Below, piece after piece: positions 25,521 through 37,968 of a stretch of DNA of 64,000 bases. The DNA is taken from NCBI GenBank assembly GCA_951406725.2, contig OX597828.1, positions 41,044,001 to 41,108,000 of the forward strand. The letters are read 5' to 3'. Both the position numbers and the translations under genes were made by a program. The DNA comes from Octopus vulgaris. Taxonomy: Eukaryota. The notes beneath the pieces are model-generated. The model worked only from the letters and a program-made list of their open reading frames with translations. It was not told where the DNA came from and ran no database searches. How positions within the stretch are numbered: the stretch's first letter is position 1; each line of letters begins with the position of its first letter.

Positions 25521-26097
25521 TATGTTCAATGACCCCATACAGATTCTCTTCATTGATTTGGCTTGTATGTCTGTAAAGCCCTGTTGTTGGCCATAGAACT
25601 GCAATTGTTTCTTTTCTATGCTTGAAACAGGCATAAAATAGAAACAATTTGAAACACGTTCCAGTAAAGTGTTGTGTTTTTTAAGGCTGTCTGATGTTGC
25701 AGCCGTTTCGGTGTATGTCTGTTTCAGTCACATGCTGTAGATGTATGATAGTGTTTGGAGTTAGCCCCAGGTCAGACACTTGATTGAGTAGACCTATGAT
25801 CAAAGGCATTCCAGATGTGGCTGTTCCCTCTTTTTAGAAGTATCTAGGACTATCTTATATAATCTTTCTCTTTTTTTTCTTCTTTTTTTTTTTTAAGATG
25901 TAGAGTGTAATTTGAGAGTGATTTGGTTGCTATTTTTAACAGACCAAACAAATGTATAGTGGTTACACATATACACGCATATAGAGAAACAGATATTAAA
26001 TGATGATGAGGATATATATGTGTGTGTCAGGGCATGGATTTTATTTGACCAACTTTATATGTAGTTCCCTTCTTATGTCTTTTTAAATTTTTTTTAG

Positions 26098-26218
26098 GGC
26101 AACTGTATGTTAGACACCCAGAGTTATGTTTTAGAACGGTTCTTGCAAGGAATTATGGGAAAATCTAAATCAAAAAGTTCTGAGTCTGAAAAGAAAGAAG
26201 AAAATACTGATTCTTCTG
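26098..26218 (+). CDS. BAZ1B: BAZ1B exon r
   Basis: ttttag|GGC AAC TGT..TCT G|gtaagt; GNCMLDTQSYVLERFLQGIM resembles human GECVIALQASVIKKFLQGFM. Confidence 0.93.
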
Positions 26219-27211
26219 GTAAGTTTTTAATAGAAATCTTGTTTTTTCTTCTCCTTGCAGTAATTTCAAAACTTTTTTTTTTTTTACACAGAAATTTCTA
26301 GCATGCTACAGGATACTTTTAAGCAACTAAAATTCAGGGCTTCTACTTTGATTTAGGATTATTTAGAATTATTTTAGGTACAGACGTGGATCTATGTTAA
26401 GAAGTTTGCTACCCGACCTCATGGTTCTGTGTTCAGTCCCACTGCGTGGTTCTTGGGCATATCTTTTCTACTATAGTCTTAGACTAACCAAAGCTTTGTG
26501 TATGGACTTGGGTGACAGAAACTGAAAGAAGCCCTTTGTGTGTGTGTGTATGTATGTCTTTGTATCTGTGTTTGTTCCTCACTGCCACTTGACAACTGGT
26601 GTTGGTGTGTTTGCATCCCCATAACCTAGTGATGTGGCAAAAGAGACCAATAGAATAAGTACTAGGCTTAAAAGAAAAAATAAGTACTGGGGTTGATTTG
26701 TTTGACTGAAATTCCTCAAGGTGGCGCCCCAGTATGGCTGCAGTCTAATGACTGAAATGAGTAAAAGATATGATCTCTTGCCTGCCTTAACCCTTGTATG
26801 TGTAAATTATAACATTTAGTAGCTGCTGAAGTATTACAATATAGTTATACACTATCATAGCTACTGCACTTTTGCTATTATTCATAATAAGAGCCCATCA
26901 ATCCCATAAATTAGTAAAATTAATTCCAAAAATTGTGTCCTCATTCTAAAATTAGGTATAAAAATTCTTGGTTTTTAACTGGGGATTTCTATTCACACAT
27001 TTCCCTTGTTCACATGTAATTAATTCTTCAGCTACTTAGCACTAATCTACTACTTCTATTTCTACTAATGCCTATCATGATGGCTATAATATTTTATATG
27101 AATTGATATGATATTTTGTTTCAGTTTTTTTTCTAAAATTCAACGGTGTTTTCTGTGTTCTTAAAAGCTTTTTTTTTTTTTTTGTTGTTGTTGCAATTCT
27201 TCATATATCAG

Positions 27212-27360
27212 TCAAAGAGGAGGAAGACAAAGAACTGATAAATATGGGTCTCTTAAAATGGAAAGAAGCTGTAGAAAGCTCTAAAACATATTCACGCCTA
27301 CATGTTTTACTTGGAATTTTGGATGCCTGCATCAAATGGGAGAAGTCCGCTGAGAATGCT
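27212..27360 (+). CDS. BAZ1B: BAZ1B exon s
   Basis: tatcag|TC AAA..AAT GCT|gtaagt; LLKWKEAVESSKTYSRLHVLLGILDACIKWEKSAENA. Confidence 0.96.
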
Positions 27361-30163
27361 GTAAGTTACAATTATTTTTATGAATTTATTGAAGAATCTC
27401 AGTAAAATGATTTGATTATTTATATAATGCAAATGTCTTCTATGGTGTCACAATAAAAGCACCCAGTCTACTTTTGTAAAGTGATTGGCATTAAGAAGGG
27501 CATTCAACTGTGGAAACCTTGCCAGGGGAGACTTTAAAGCATGACAGTCCTCCAACTTGTTAGATCTTGTCAAACTATCTGACTCATGCCAGCCTGGAAG
27601 ACAGATGTTAAATAAAGATGATGTAAAATGTCTTGAATGTTCTGTGAGGCCATGTGTTATGTGCTAGTGCTTTTAGTTACAATTTCATAACCCTTAAGTG
27701 ACACTTCAGTCATGTGTCTTTTACTCCAGCCTGGTCAATCTGTAACCTTTGAGTAAAGTTAGATATTAGACAGACTGAATCTGTACAATGTCTCTTGGCC
27801 TATTTTCCCCCACATTCCACTTCAATTTTTTTTTTACCCCTCCAAAAATAAGGAAAAATAAAGGCATCCTACCATGAATGAAGTTAGTATCATCATCATC
27901 ATCATTTAGCGTCCGCTTTCCATGCTAGCATGGGTTGGACGGTTCAGCAGGAGTCTGGGAAGCCAGAAGGCTGCACCAGGCCCAGTCTGATCTGGCAATG
28001 TTTCTACAGCTGGATGCCCTTCCTAACGCCAACCACTCCGTGAGTGTAGTGGGTGCTTTTTACGTGCCACCAGCACAGGTGCCAGACGGGGCTGGCAAAT
28101 GGCCACGGTCGGATGGTGCTTTTTACATGCCACCGGCACGGGGGCCAAGCGAGGCTGGCGTCGGCCACGATCGAATGGTGCTTTTTACATGCCACCGGCA
28201 GCATATATTTTCAAAAGCAGTTTTAATTAACCTCTATTCAGTTGTTATTTATTTCCTGCTCATTCTGAAGTAAACCCCATTATTCCCACCAAAATATTAC
28301 CATGTCTTACCTGGAGAAACATTGCTGTAGAATTTACTCAAATGGACTGTACCTGAAGTTCAAGGGTGAAGCTTTGTAACACACTGCCACATTGATTCAA
28401 TGATTGGAAAGTTCTATTGATAGAAAAAACTGGAACACTGATCTCTCAGATCAGTCAAGGTTCGTTCAAGTGTCTGAGAAATAACCACATACCAATCTTT
28501 CTAATGTTTTAAAGTTTTTTTTTCTAGCCACTGTGCAGAACTGTTGAGACTTTGGACAAAAATACAAAATTCAAAGCTAGTGCATAGTTTTCAAACTTTA
28601 ACGGAAGTTTATCAAATGCACGTTCATGAATTAAAATGAGCAGCGAAATTTTGATGTGGGCAGCGGCAATACAGTGACTTCATTTCTTGATAGGGTATAT
28701 ATTAGGAGTAGTGGTAAATTTTATACCAGAGGAATACTGCCTGGCAAATTGGTAAAAGTTAACAAGGTCAAAATGTTATTATACACCACATATAATAACA
28801 GTGTGTTGGTTTTATGACTAGTTTCTCTTCCAGAAGTTGGTCACACTTTGTAAAGAAAAAGCCTATTCTTGAGGAGAAAAATGGAATATAACCTTTTGTG
28901 GGGAAAAAATAATTAAAAAAGAATATAGTTTCTGAAATGTTTTTGAATGTTGAAGTTAGCTTTTACTAAATCATAGTTGTGGTTGTTGACAGTGCCATGT
29001 AAATGGCACCTGTGAATTGTAGTTGTGGTCGTTGGTGGTACCATGTAAAGGGCACCCATGAATCATGGTCAGTGCATTGTAGCGATGTTTGTTGCTGATG
29101 CCATGTAGATGGCACCTGTGAATCGTAATCATGGCTGTTGCTGGTGCAAGTAGCACTCATGCCAGTGGCACATAAAAGCAACTATTACACTCCTGGAGTG
29201 GTTGGTGTTAGGAAGGGCATCCAGTTGCAGAAACCAAGCCAAACCAGACTGGAACCTGATGCAGCTCATCAGCTCCATGCCGGCATGGAGAGGAGATGTT
29301 AAATAATGATGATGATTAATGAGTGCTTGCAACAAGACAATTCCAGGTTCAATCCTACTGCTTGTTAATTTGGGAAAGTAACTTTTACTGCAGCATTAGG
29401 TTGCCCAGTGCCTTGTGAATGAAATTAGGTAGATGGAAACTGTGTGGAAGCTTACCAGAGGGTCTGTTTTTCTTTTTGTGTTGTAGACTTAATCCCTCAC
29501 CCAGTTTAATGCAGCTGCTTGGTTTTAGCACAGTCCATTTTTTAACAAGCAATCAGCAGTTTTGGAAAAGGCCCTCCTGGATTCTATGATTTTATCCTGA
29601 TTAAGCCTATATATATGTAATTGACAGCAAATCATGGAAGTTCCCTTGTTATGTTTAATATGTTGTTCCATTCTCTTTAGTATTTCTACTTGTTATCACT
29701 GACCTGTTTGATTTGTTTTGCTTACCTAGGATAAAGCAGGCTGTATATTGTTTAGAGTTCCTTGATAGAGTATGTATTAGAAGTAGTAGTAAATTTTATG
29801 CCAGTGTAATACTGTTTGGTAAATTGTTAAAAGTTATCAAAGATCAAAATGTGATTATATAGCACATGCGAAGCATCTAGATGTATGATGGCTACGAGCT
29901 GGCAGAATTGTTAACATACCGGGTGAAATGCTTAGCAGTATTTCGTCTGCTGTTATGGTCTGAGTTCAAGTTCCACCATGTTCGACTTTGCCTTTCATTC
30001 TTTTGGGGTTGATTAAATAAGCACCAGTTATGCACTGGGGTCGATGTAATTGACTTAATCCCTTTGTCTGTCCTTGTTTGTCCCCTCTATGTTTAGCCCC
30101 CTCTGTGGGCACTAAAGAAATATATATATATTTATGATGGTTTGTTTGTCTTTTGAAACATAG

Positions 30164-30304
30164 AAATGTAAAATTTGCCGGAAGAAAGGAGTTGGTGAAC
30201 AGTTGATACTGTGTGATGATTGTAACCAGGCATTTCATTTATACTGCCTTCGTCCTGCTCTTCCCTGGATACCCGAGGGTGACTGGTATTGTCCTGCATG
30301 TCTG
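30164..30304 (+). CDS. BAZ1B: BAZ1B exon t, PHD finger 1
   Basis: catag|AAA TGT..TGT CTG|gtaagg; KCKICRKKGVGEQLILCDDCNQAFHLYCLRPALPWIPEGDWYCPAC (C4HC3). Confidence 0.97.
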
Positions 30305-30599
30305 GTAAGGACACAGATTTTTTTTAAAATTAACATTTGAAATGTAAACTGAATAAAGCTTTTTAAAAGTTATTGTACTCTCTCACTTGCCCTCTTCCTT
30401 TCTATCGCTCTCTTAGCTCCCTCTCACTCTCTTGTCTCACTCTCTTGTTTCTAACTCACCTTCTCTCTTTCTACTTTCATTTGTTCTCACTTTTGTTTTT
30501 CTATAAATAACATGTAGGTAGGAGGGCTCTGAAAGGGGTCTCAGGGAGTAGCGTCCCTGCCTTCCTGAGCTAGTTTTCCATCACATTTCTTAAAAATCA

Positions 30600-30852
30600 T
30601 GGTAGGGGCCTTGATCTTGGGACCACTCATGTCTAGAAACTGGGGTTGGGAGTAAGCAAGATCATGCTCCCTGTAGAAAATCCAGCTTCAAAAAAGCCTC
30701 ATGATAGCAAGGGAGAATGAGCACCAGCCAGTCCAAAGGTTGGGGTGGGCTGCACCTGCCTACCTCAGTTGCTATGGCATTAAGGTAGATCCAGCCATCC
30801 CCGTTAACAGGGACAAAACCCAGATTTAAAACACTGGATGATGATGATGAGA
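30600..30852 (+). mobile_element. RTE-related short element with (GAT)n tail
   Basis: ggggttgggagtaagcaag..ccctgtagaaaa, akin to the family B core; ends ttaaaacactg(gat)n. Confidence 0.5.
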
Positions 30853-31362
30853 TCAGCAATGTGTTGTAACCTATGTGGTTCTATATTTGATCCCACTACA
30901 TGCCATCTTCGTCAAGTGTCTTCTATTATAGCCTTGGGATGACTCAAACTCTGAGTGAAATTGGCTATGTGGGAACTGTGTGGAAGCCTGGTAGATAAAC
31001 ATGGCTGGTAGATTTAACTTGTCAGAGAAAACGGATAAAAAAAGAACATTTAAAAGTAAATAGACTTGCTCATTAAAAGTTATGTGTGTTTTTATTATCA
31101 AGAAAATGTCAGTAACAAGTTTTGAACCACCATCATTTTTGGACACCAGTTCATTACCCTATAAGTTTAGCTTGTGTGATGGTGCTGTCTCTCTCTCTCC
31201 CTCTCTCCATATATATATCTATAAATTCATCGCTTAAAAGAATTACTTTAGATTTGTCAAAGAATGACATTAATTAAGATATTAGACCATATGAAATGTC
31301 AACACCAACAATTACTTTTTATTATTTTATATTTATATTTATATTCATTCTTGTTTGTTTAG

Positions 31363-31431
31363 CCTCAGTCAGAACGTAGGAGTCGAAGAACTGCTTCCAG
31401 GAAGAAATATGGTGAAGATTCAGATGATGAG
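31363..31431 (+). CDS. BAZ1B: BAZ1B exon u
   Basis: gtttag|CCT CAG..GAT GAG|gtaatt; PQSERRSRRTASRKKYGEDSDDE; phase 0/0. Confidence 0.87.
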
Positions 31432-32096
31432 GTAATTCAAAGAATTTACTAAAATATACTTAACTGATATTAACCCTAGGTCAGTCCTGGTCAAGTAATC
31501 CTACAATCAAAAACGTTCCGTCCTTGACCTTCTTGTCTTAATTTTTGTTATTCCTGAACAGTGTGCCTATCACCACACTGTCTAATATGTGCATATTGTT
31601 TTTGTTTTTTCCCAATTAAGACAGGATTTGATGTAAATTTACTACAGAGATCATTATTAACTGTCAGTTTTTACTCAGTAATTATTGTATATTGACTGCA
31701 TTAAAGTCATATAACTAATAAACAGAGTTAATGTCATGCTCTGAAGTGTACCTGAAAATTGACAAGTCAAAATAGATAAATCTTTGACAGGAGCTTCTTA
31801 AGTTCACATATTATAACATTTTACTTTGCATGACATTTTGGCTAAAATCGAAAGACATTTTACTACAAACATTGCCAGTACAGAATTCATGGTATTTTGT
31901 GTGTCTATTGGTGTAGACATTTAGTGTATTTAAGTTGATGCAGACATGGCTGTGTATCGAAAAAGTTCACTTTGCAACCATGTGCTTCTTGGTTGATGCA
32001 ATGCCTTCTGAATGGTTTGGTAACAGGCTTTTGCCTGTCACTCACATGCGTGCATGTATGTGTGTGTGTGTGTGCGTGTATACATATATATATATC

Positions 32097-32413
32097 TCAC
32101 TGTTATCACCGTGACCGACCAGGCTCTCAGATGTTGCTACACATCGCTGGTCACAATGCGCTTTGCATTGTTTTTTTAGCCTTCAAATGATGCCACCTCG
32201 CTGGCTAAGCGAGCAGGCCAACAGAAGAAAGAGTGAGAGAAAGTTGTGGCGAAAGAGTACGGCAGGGATCGCCACCACCACCACCTGCCGGAGCCTCGTG
32301 GAGCTTATAAGTGTTTTCGCTCAATAAACACTCACAACGCCCGGTCTGGGAATCGAAACCGCGATCCTACGACCGCGAGTCCACTGCCCTAACCACTGGG
32401 CCATTGCGCCTCC
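32097..32413 (-). mobile_element. tRNA-derived SINE family D, young CpG-rich copy
   Basis: Minus strand head GGAGGCGCAATGGCCCAGTGGTTAGGGCAG..GGTTTCGATTCCC (A and B boxes); older relatives at 41335, 62144, 62726. Confidence 0.8.
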
Positions 32414-32446
32414 ATATATATATATATGTGTGTGTGTGTCTATATA

Positions 32447-32745
32447 TCTCCAAGAGACAACACCCTATGAAAGAACTTTTCTATGGTGATTTACCTCCTA
32501 TATCACATGTTATCAGAAAAAGGGGTTTCACTGGAGAGCAAAGGGTGAGATCATCAGTGACATTCTTCTCTGGGAACTGAAACATGAGTACAAATACTGG
32601 TATACCACATCGAACTGACATAAAGCAACTGTGCAAGGACTCCAGTTGCACCTGAGGAGACCTACTATGTGTAATGGTGGCCTGAACAGGCTGGAGAGAA
32701 TGAGTCACGGCAGTCTGTGCGATTAGCACAACCGGATGATGATGG
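32447..32745 (+). mobile_element. RTE-like LINE ORF2 3'-end relic (same type as 25205)
   Basis: HPMKELFYGDLPPISHVIRKR..EIISDILLWELKH..IKQLCKDS..GWRE with stops and frameshifts; (GAT)n tail. Confidence 0.65.
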
Positions 32746-33474
32746 TTTACCGTACTGGCATTGGATGAGTTAGATTTCTTGAGGCCTTGATGGGCTATTT
32801 TACAGTTGGATGCCCTTCCTGATGCCAAGGATGCCTTTTCTGTGCCGGTGGCATGTAAAAAGCACCAATCCGATCGTGGCCGTTGCCAGCCTCGCCTAGC
32901 ACTTGTACTGGTGGCACGTAAAAAGCACCCACTCCACTCGTGGAGTGGTTGGCATTAGGAAGGGCATCCAGCTGTAGAAACACTGCCAGATCAGACTGGA
33001 GCCTGGTGCAGCCTTCTGGCTTCCCAGATCCCTGTGCTAGCATGGAGAATGGACGTTAAACGATGATGATGATGATGATGATGATGACTGCTGTCTTAAT
33101 ATGTGAAACTATCAAACTACCAGGTATATTATGTGGGGCACAAACATCGCCTCTCCCTAAGCAGTGTCATTTTAAAGACATAAACACTCACAGACACACA
33201 CGTGTGTGTGTATTTTGTATGTCTGTCAGTGTCTTTGTTTATGCCAGTCTAAAACTCCATTTAGCTTCTGTAACTTGATGGTTTGACAAATATCGATCAT
33301 TCACTTCTGTACCAGACTTGATCTGACATGATCAAACTAAAACCCTTCAAGGCAATGGTCCAGCATGGCTGTAGTTAATTCACTGGAGTAATTAAATAAC
33401 GATCTAACCATTTTGTGTGCTTTGTTTACCTAATCAGTTTCTGTATCTTTTCTTCTTCTTCTCTACCTCTCTAG

Positions 33475-33638
33475 AAGGGAGACAGTGACGGCGATACTGA
33501 GGGAAACGATTTATCAGAGAAGGAACATTATGAAAATTGTGTTGTGTGTGATGGCCAAGATGACTTAATTCAGTGTTCACAGTGTCCTGATGTCTACCAT
33601 ATAGAATGCCACGATCCACCTTTAAGACATCCACCCAG
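33475..33638 (+). CDS. BAZ1B: BAZ1B exon v, PHD finger 2 (N-part)
   Basis: long pyrimidine tract, ctag|AAG GGA..CCC AG|gtacat; EHYENCVVCDGQDDLIQCSQCPDVYHIECHDPPLRHPP. Confidence 0.93.
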
Positions 33639-33829
33639 GTACATTGCCATTATTAGAAGAAAATTTTACATCTATTTTATCTTCCCTCTTGCACTGCGAC
33701 AGCTTCAATAGGGCAAGTTTATAATGTGTAGAACAGTGGTTTTTAAATGATTCACTATAAGTCGTTTCTAGGTGCATGGTGGGTTTGTAACAACATAGTT
33801 TAAGGGTTTTAGAAAATCTATATTAATAA

Positions 33830-34221
33830 CTAGCAGTATTGCCTGGCGTTGCTCGGGTTTGTAAGGGAAATAACTATATAATCATTTTTAGAGATGTAAA
33901 GTATAATAGCCATCTCAATATGGCTAACCACAAAGGGGGTTACTGTAGCCTTTTACGTTCTGAGATTTAATAATAAATTTTTAGAGAGTTACTTCCCTTA
34001 TATATGCCAAAAATGCATTAAAAATGGGAAAAATTGATGGTAAATTCTTTTTAAAATCGTAGACTCATCGTAGACACGCGCTAATACCCAGAAGGGCTCG
34101 ATATGAATCACGACTATAAGATACCCGGTTTTGGTTAAACTGCACCGCAAAATGTGGGAGTAGTTAGGAATCTAAATCGTAGGAGACAGACAGCACACAA
34201 CCTTACTTTCATATATAAAGA
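33830..34221 (-). mobile_element. Non-autonomous Helitron (392 bp)
   Basis: Minus strand A|TCTTTATATAT...subterminal GC-rich hairpin-like CCCGAGCAACGCCAGG..CTAG|T; inserted between A and T, no TSD. Confidence 0.85.
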
Positions 34222-34293
34222 TAAATCATCTTAGAAAATGGGTGAAACATAATTTTGTCATACTCATGTATGGTGTGTCATAGATAAGATAAC

Positions 34294-34737
34294 AGCCCTT
34301 TTTGTTACCATATTTCTGCAGAAATACATTGCCTTTTGTTAGTTATGAAAAAAACAAAGAATATGAGAAATGTAGTAAAATAACCTTGTTGTTCTTAAGC
34401 TGGTGGTTGAGACATTAATTAATGTTAAATTTGGATAGAAAGTTTTAAGATCACTTTCAACCCTTTAGCATTCAGATTATCCTGTCGAATGTAATGCTTA
34501 ATAATTCACATTGTTTTGAATTAATCGTGGATTATCTTGTAGCTTCAAGATTTTGATGATGTGATAGTTTATTTTTAAAACAACTTTGTAGGGTAGGTGT
34601 GATAGGTGGAATCTGGTTGGTGTGAAAATAAAACAGGTGAAATATTTTGGCTGGATATGGCTGGTTTAAATGCTATTAAATGTATAATAAAAGAACCAGA
34701 GACAGTCTCAGGGCAGATTAGTATTAAAAGGTTTAAG
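34294..34737. mobile_element. Second TTAA/CCCTTT MITE family with a nested first-family MITE
   Basis: Starts cccttttt(g)ttaccatattt, ends tattaaaaggtttaa; related pieces at 17930-18027, 52020-52207, 57603-57805. Confidence 0.55.
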
Positions 34738-35669
34738 GGAAAAAAACCATTCTAATGTTTGAGCATCTTGAAAAATATGTTAGTCATAATTTTCTGAATG
34801 TTTTTCTATACATTTTCAAAAACATAATTTTGTGTAATTTTGTATATGAAGTACACTAGTCTATTTAATTTTTAATGTCTAGTATGCTCATATTTTTTAT
34901 TTAATTTCGATGTCACTATGTTTAGAAGATTACGAATCACTGATATAAATATATGATTAAGTTGGATGAATCCCCAAATGCCAGATATCCTAACTGGGTA
35001 TGAGACATTGAAGAAAACATCAGGGTGCTATCACCAAACTTCCAGCTAGAGAGGCTAATATAATTTACCAAGTGGAGCTTTACACTCTTGAATTTTAAAC
35101 TAGAAGCCAGTCTGTGATGTGACAGACCAAGAACTTGTAAGAAGAAGGGTAAGGTTGGTTGGGTATTTTGAAATATAACACACAAAACTAATAGTTAATA
35201 CAGCTCTACATTTGAAGGAAGTGCTCCAGTATGGCCTTATTTGTGGTGATTAAAATAAACTAAGGGACATGAAAAAATGCAGAATCTATAAGGTGATGGT
35301 TCTCTGGATAAAATACTACATCTAAATAGATTAAGAGAGTGGAGGGTGTGGGCAGTATGGGTTGCAAGACATTCTGTTTATGTTAATATATCAAACTTCC
35401 CTTCAGTTCTGACTCCTCCTTTAATCAGTTCTGCAGTTACTGTGTTTGTCAAAGCATGGGTGAAACAGGTTTGTATGAATATGTAGTGTTTTCATTATTT
35501 CATCGATCTAGAAGTTGTTTACTGATGAGTTATCTTCCATGGTGTCTATGTGTTTCATTGAATTGTGGCTGTTCCAGACTTAAACTATGAACAGAACCAA
35601 ATCCATGCTGATTGTGTTGAAACTTGTAAAAATCTTTGAGAAAATTAATATTTTCATTTTTATCCTCAG

Positions 35670-35764
35670 GGGACAATGGATTTGTACTCAATGTAAAAGT
35701 GGTGGCCGAAGATCAAAATCACGACGAGCTGTTGCCAAACAAAGACAAGAAAGGGCTCAACGAC
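35670..35764 (+). CDS. BAZ1B: BAZ1B exon w, PHD finger 2 (C-part)
   Basis: cctcag|G GGA CAA TGG..CGA C|gtaagt; RGQWICTQCKSGGRRSKSRR. Confidence 0.93.
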
Positions 35765-37812
35765 GTAAGTATACCAGTTGTCTGGACCGAATTTTGTGGA
35801 CCTTGGTTTTGTTGTGTGTGTGTGTGTGTATTTGTGTCTTGTTGCCTTGATATAGCTTACTAATTGTAAACAAACATCACTATCTTACGTGCAGTGTCAT
35901 TCATTTTCAATCTTCCGTGTAAACTTGTCCAGCCAATACAAGTTTTAATTCTGGAAGATCATCATCATCATCATCATCGTTTAATGTCCGCTTTCCATGC
36001 TAGCATGGGTTGAACGATTTGACTGAGGACTGGCGAACCAGATGGCTGCACCAGGCTCCAATCTGATCTGGCAGAGTTTCTACAGCTGGATGCTCTTCCT
36101 AACACCAACCACTCCGAGATTGTAGTGGGTGCTTTTATGTGCCACCGGCACGAGGGCCAGTCTGGCAGTACTGGCGATAGCCACACTCAAATGGTGTATT
36201 TTATGTGCCACTTGCACAGGAGCCAGTCCAAGGGCACTGGCAATGACCTCGCTCAAATGTTTTGTTCACGTGCCAGTAATATACAGTTTCCCTTTGGGTA
36301 CTTTCTGAAATTACTTTGTTACTGGCTGCCAGTTAGTAACGGTTCTTTTTGAAGGAGGTAATTCTTACATCTTCAAAAATGCATTCATTATATACAGCTC
36401 TAAATTGCTAAATGATTTACTTTTTCCTTAAGTAAATATTGCTGCTTCATAATTTACCTCAGTTGTAGCATTTCTTCTGTGTAATGCTGAACAGAATAAT
36501 TGTCTTTGCTTTTGCTTTCCATCTTTGATACAGTCTTTCAAGACTCACCTTCTTAATTTGGCATATTTATTAACCATGTAGCATAATGCTGGTAGACATT
36601 GTATTTCTGTATTGTTGAAAGTAAGGTATCACAGAACAAGCAAGTTGTTTTATGGCTAATCAAATGCTACAAAATATTGTAATTTCTCATTTATCATTAA
36701 AGACTATTTTCTTCTTTCAGCATACTTTTCAATTTTTTTTTTAACATGTTTGGGAATAATAATAATAATAATAATAATAATGATGATGAAATTGTGTATA
36801 GTGCTCAGATGCACTACAACTTATAAAAGTGCATGTACAGTACATAGAATTATGTACAAATGTCAGGAAAGTGAACAATGTATGAATCATGATATACATG
36901 TGTGCATGTGTGAAGAGAAGAAATTTTCTATAAGAATATTAATTACTAATTGATACTAACTACAATACCACAAAATAATTAATTATAATCTGTTGTGTCT
37001 GGGGAGAGTCATTTTCTTTTTGTGCCTTATAATTTAACACACTCACCGGTAAAATTGCCACTTATTCCTTATTTTTATTTTCCTAAAATTAATTAAAAAC
37101 CTTTGCTAAATGAACACAATGCATACCTACAATTATCATTGTTCAATATATATGGCAGACTGTATACTTTCTAATCTGTTCTTATACATTAACACGTTGG
37201 TGATCCAAGCAGAATATGTTGGACCCAGAGCAGATAAATCTATCAAATCATTGGGTCCAGATTTTGGCCCACAATGAACATGCTCATTACAATTCTTTTC
37301 TTTTCCAGTACTGTCTTTAAAACATTGGGGTCTCTTGGCAGACTCCTTTTAAGTATTGTACGCCCGGCAATGTTTATTAATATTGCCAATGACCTTCTCT
37401 GTGTTCATTTTCCTTATTTGTCCATGTTTTGTACTCATGGGTGTAAATGATTTATAAAGTTACTTATCTTTCCTTCATTTTCTACCCAGAGAAGTGTTTT
37501 AATTCTAGTTTTCATTTATTTTCTGAAGACTTAGGTTGTTATATTTGTCTAATATATTACAACTGCTTGGTATTCATGGCTTTTATATAAATTAAGATTT
37601 CTCTTGATACACTGTAGAAGGCCACAGTTGATGACTAAAAAGGCCACAAAAAGCCCTGGGGCTACAGACCCCCACCCGCCCCACCTCTAGTGTAGAAGCT
37701 TCCTTGGTTGCTTTTTGTAGGGGTTGAAAGTGGAGTAACTTGGTTTTTGTACACATCTCTTATCCAAAAGTTGTGTCTGGTTCCATGAAACAACTTTGTT
37801 TTCCTCTCTTAG

Positions 37813-37874
37813 GTAAGAAGTACATGAAAGAGTCTGAGGAAGAGGAAGAAGAGGAGGAGGAAGAGGAAGAAGAG

Positions 37875-37906
<32 letters not shown>

Positions 37907-37968
37907 ATCAGAAGAAGACATTCCTAAAAGTTCAAAATCCAAGAAAAAAGTACAGCTCAGAACATATT
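37813..37968 (+). CDS. BAZ1B: BAZ1B exon x, poly-Glu (about 24 E), symmetric 156-nt exon
   Basis: ctcttag|GT AAG AAG TAC..TAT T|gtaagt; phase 1/1. Confidence 0.85.
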
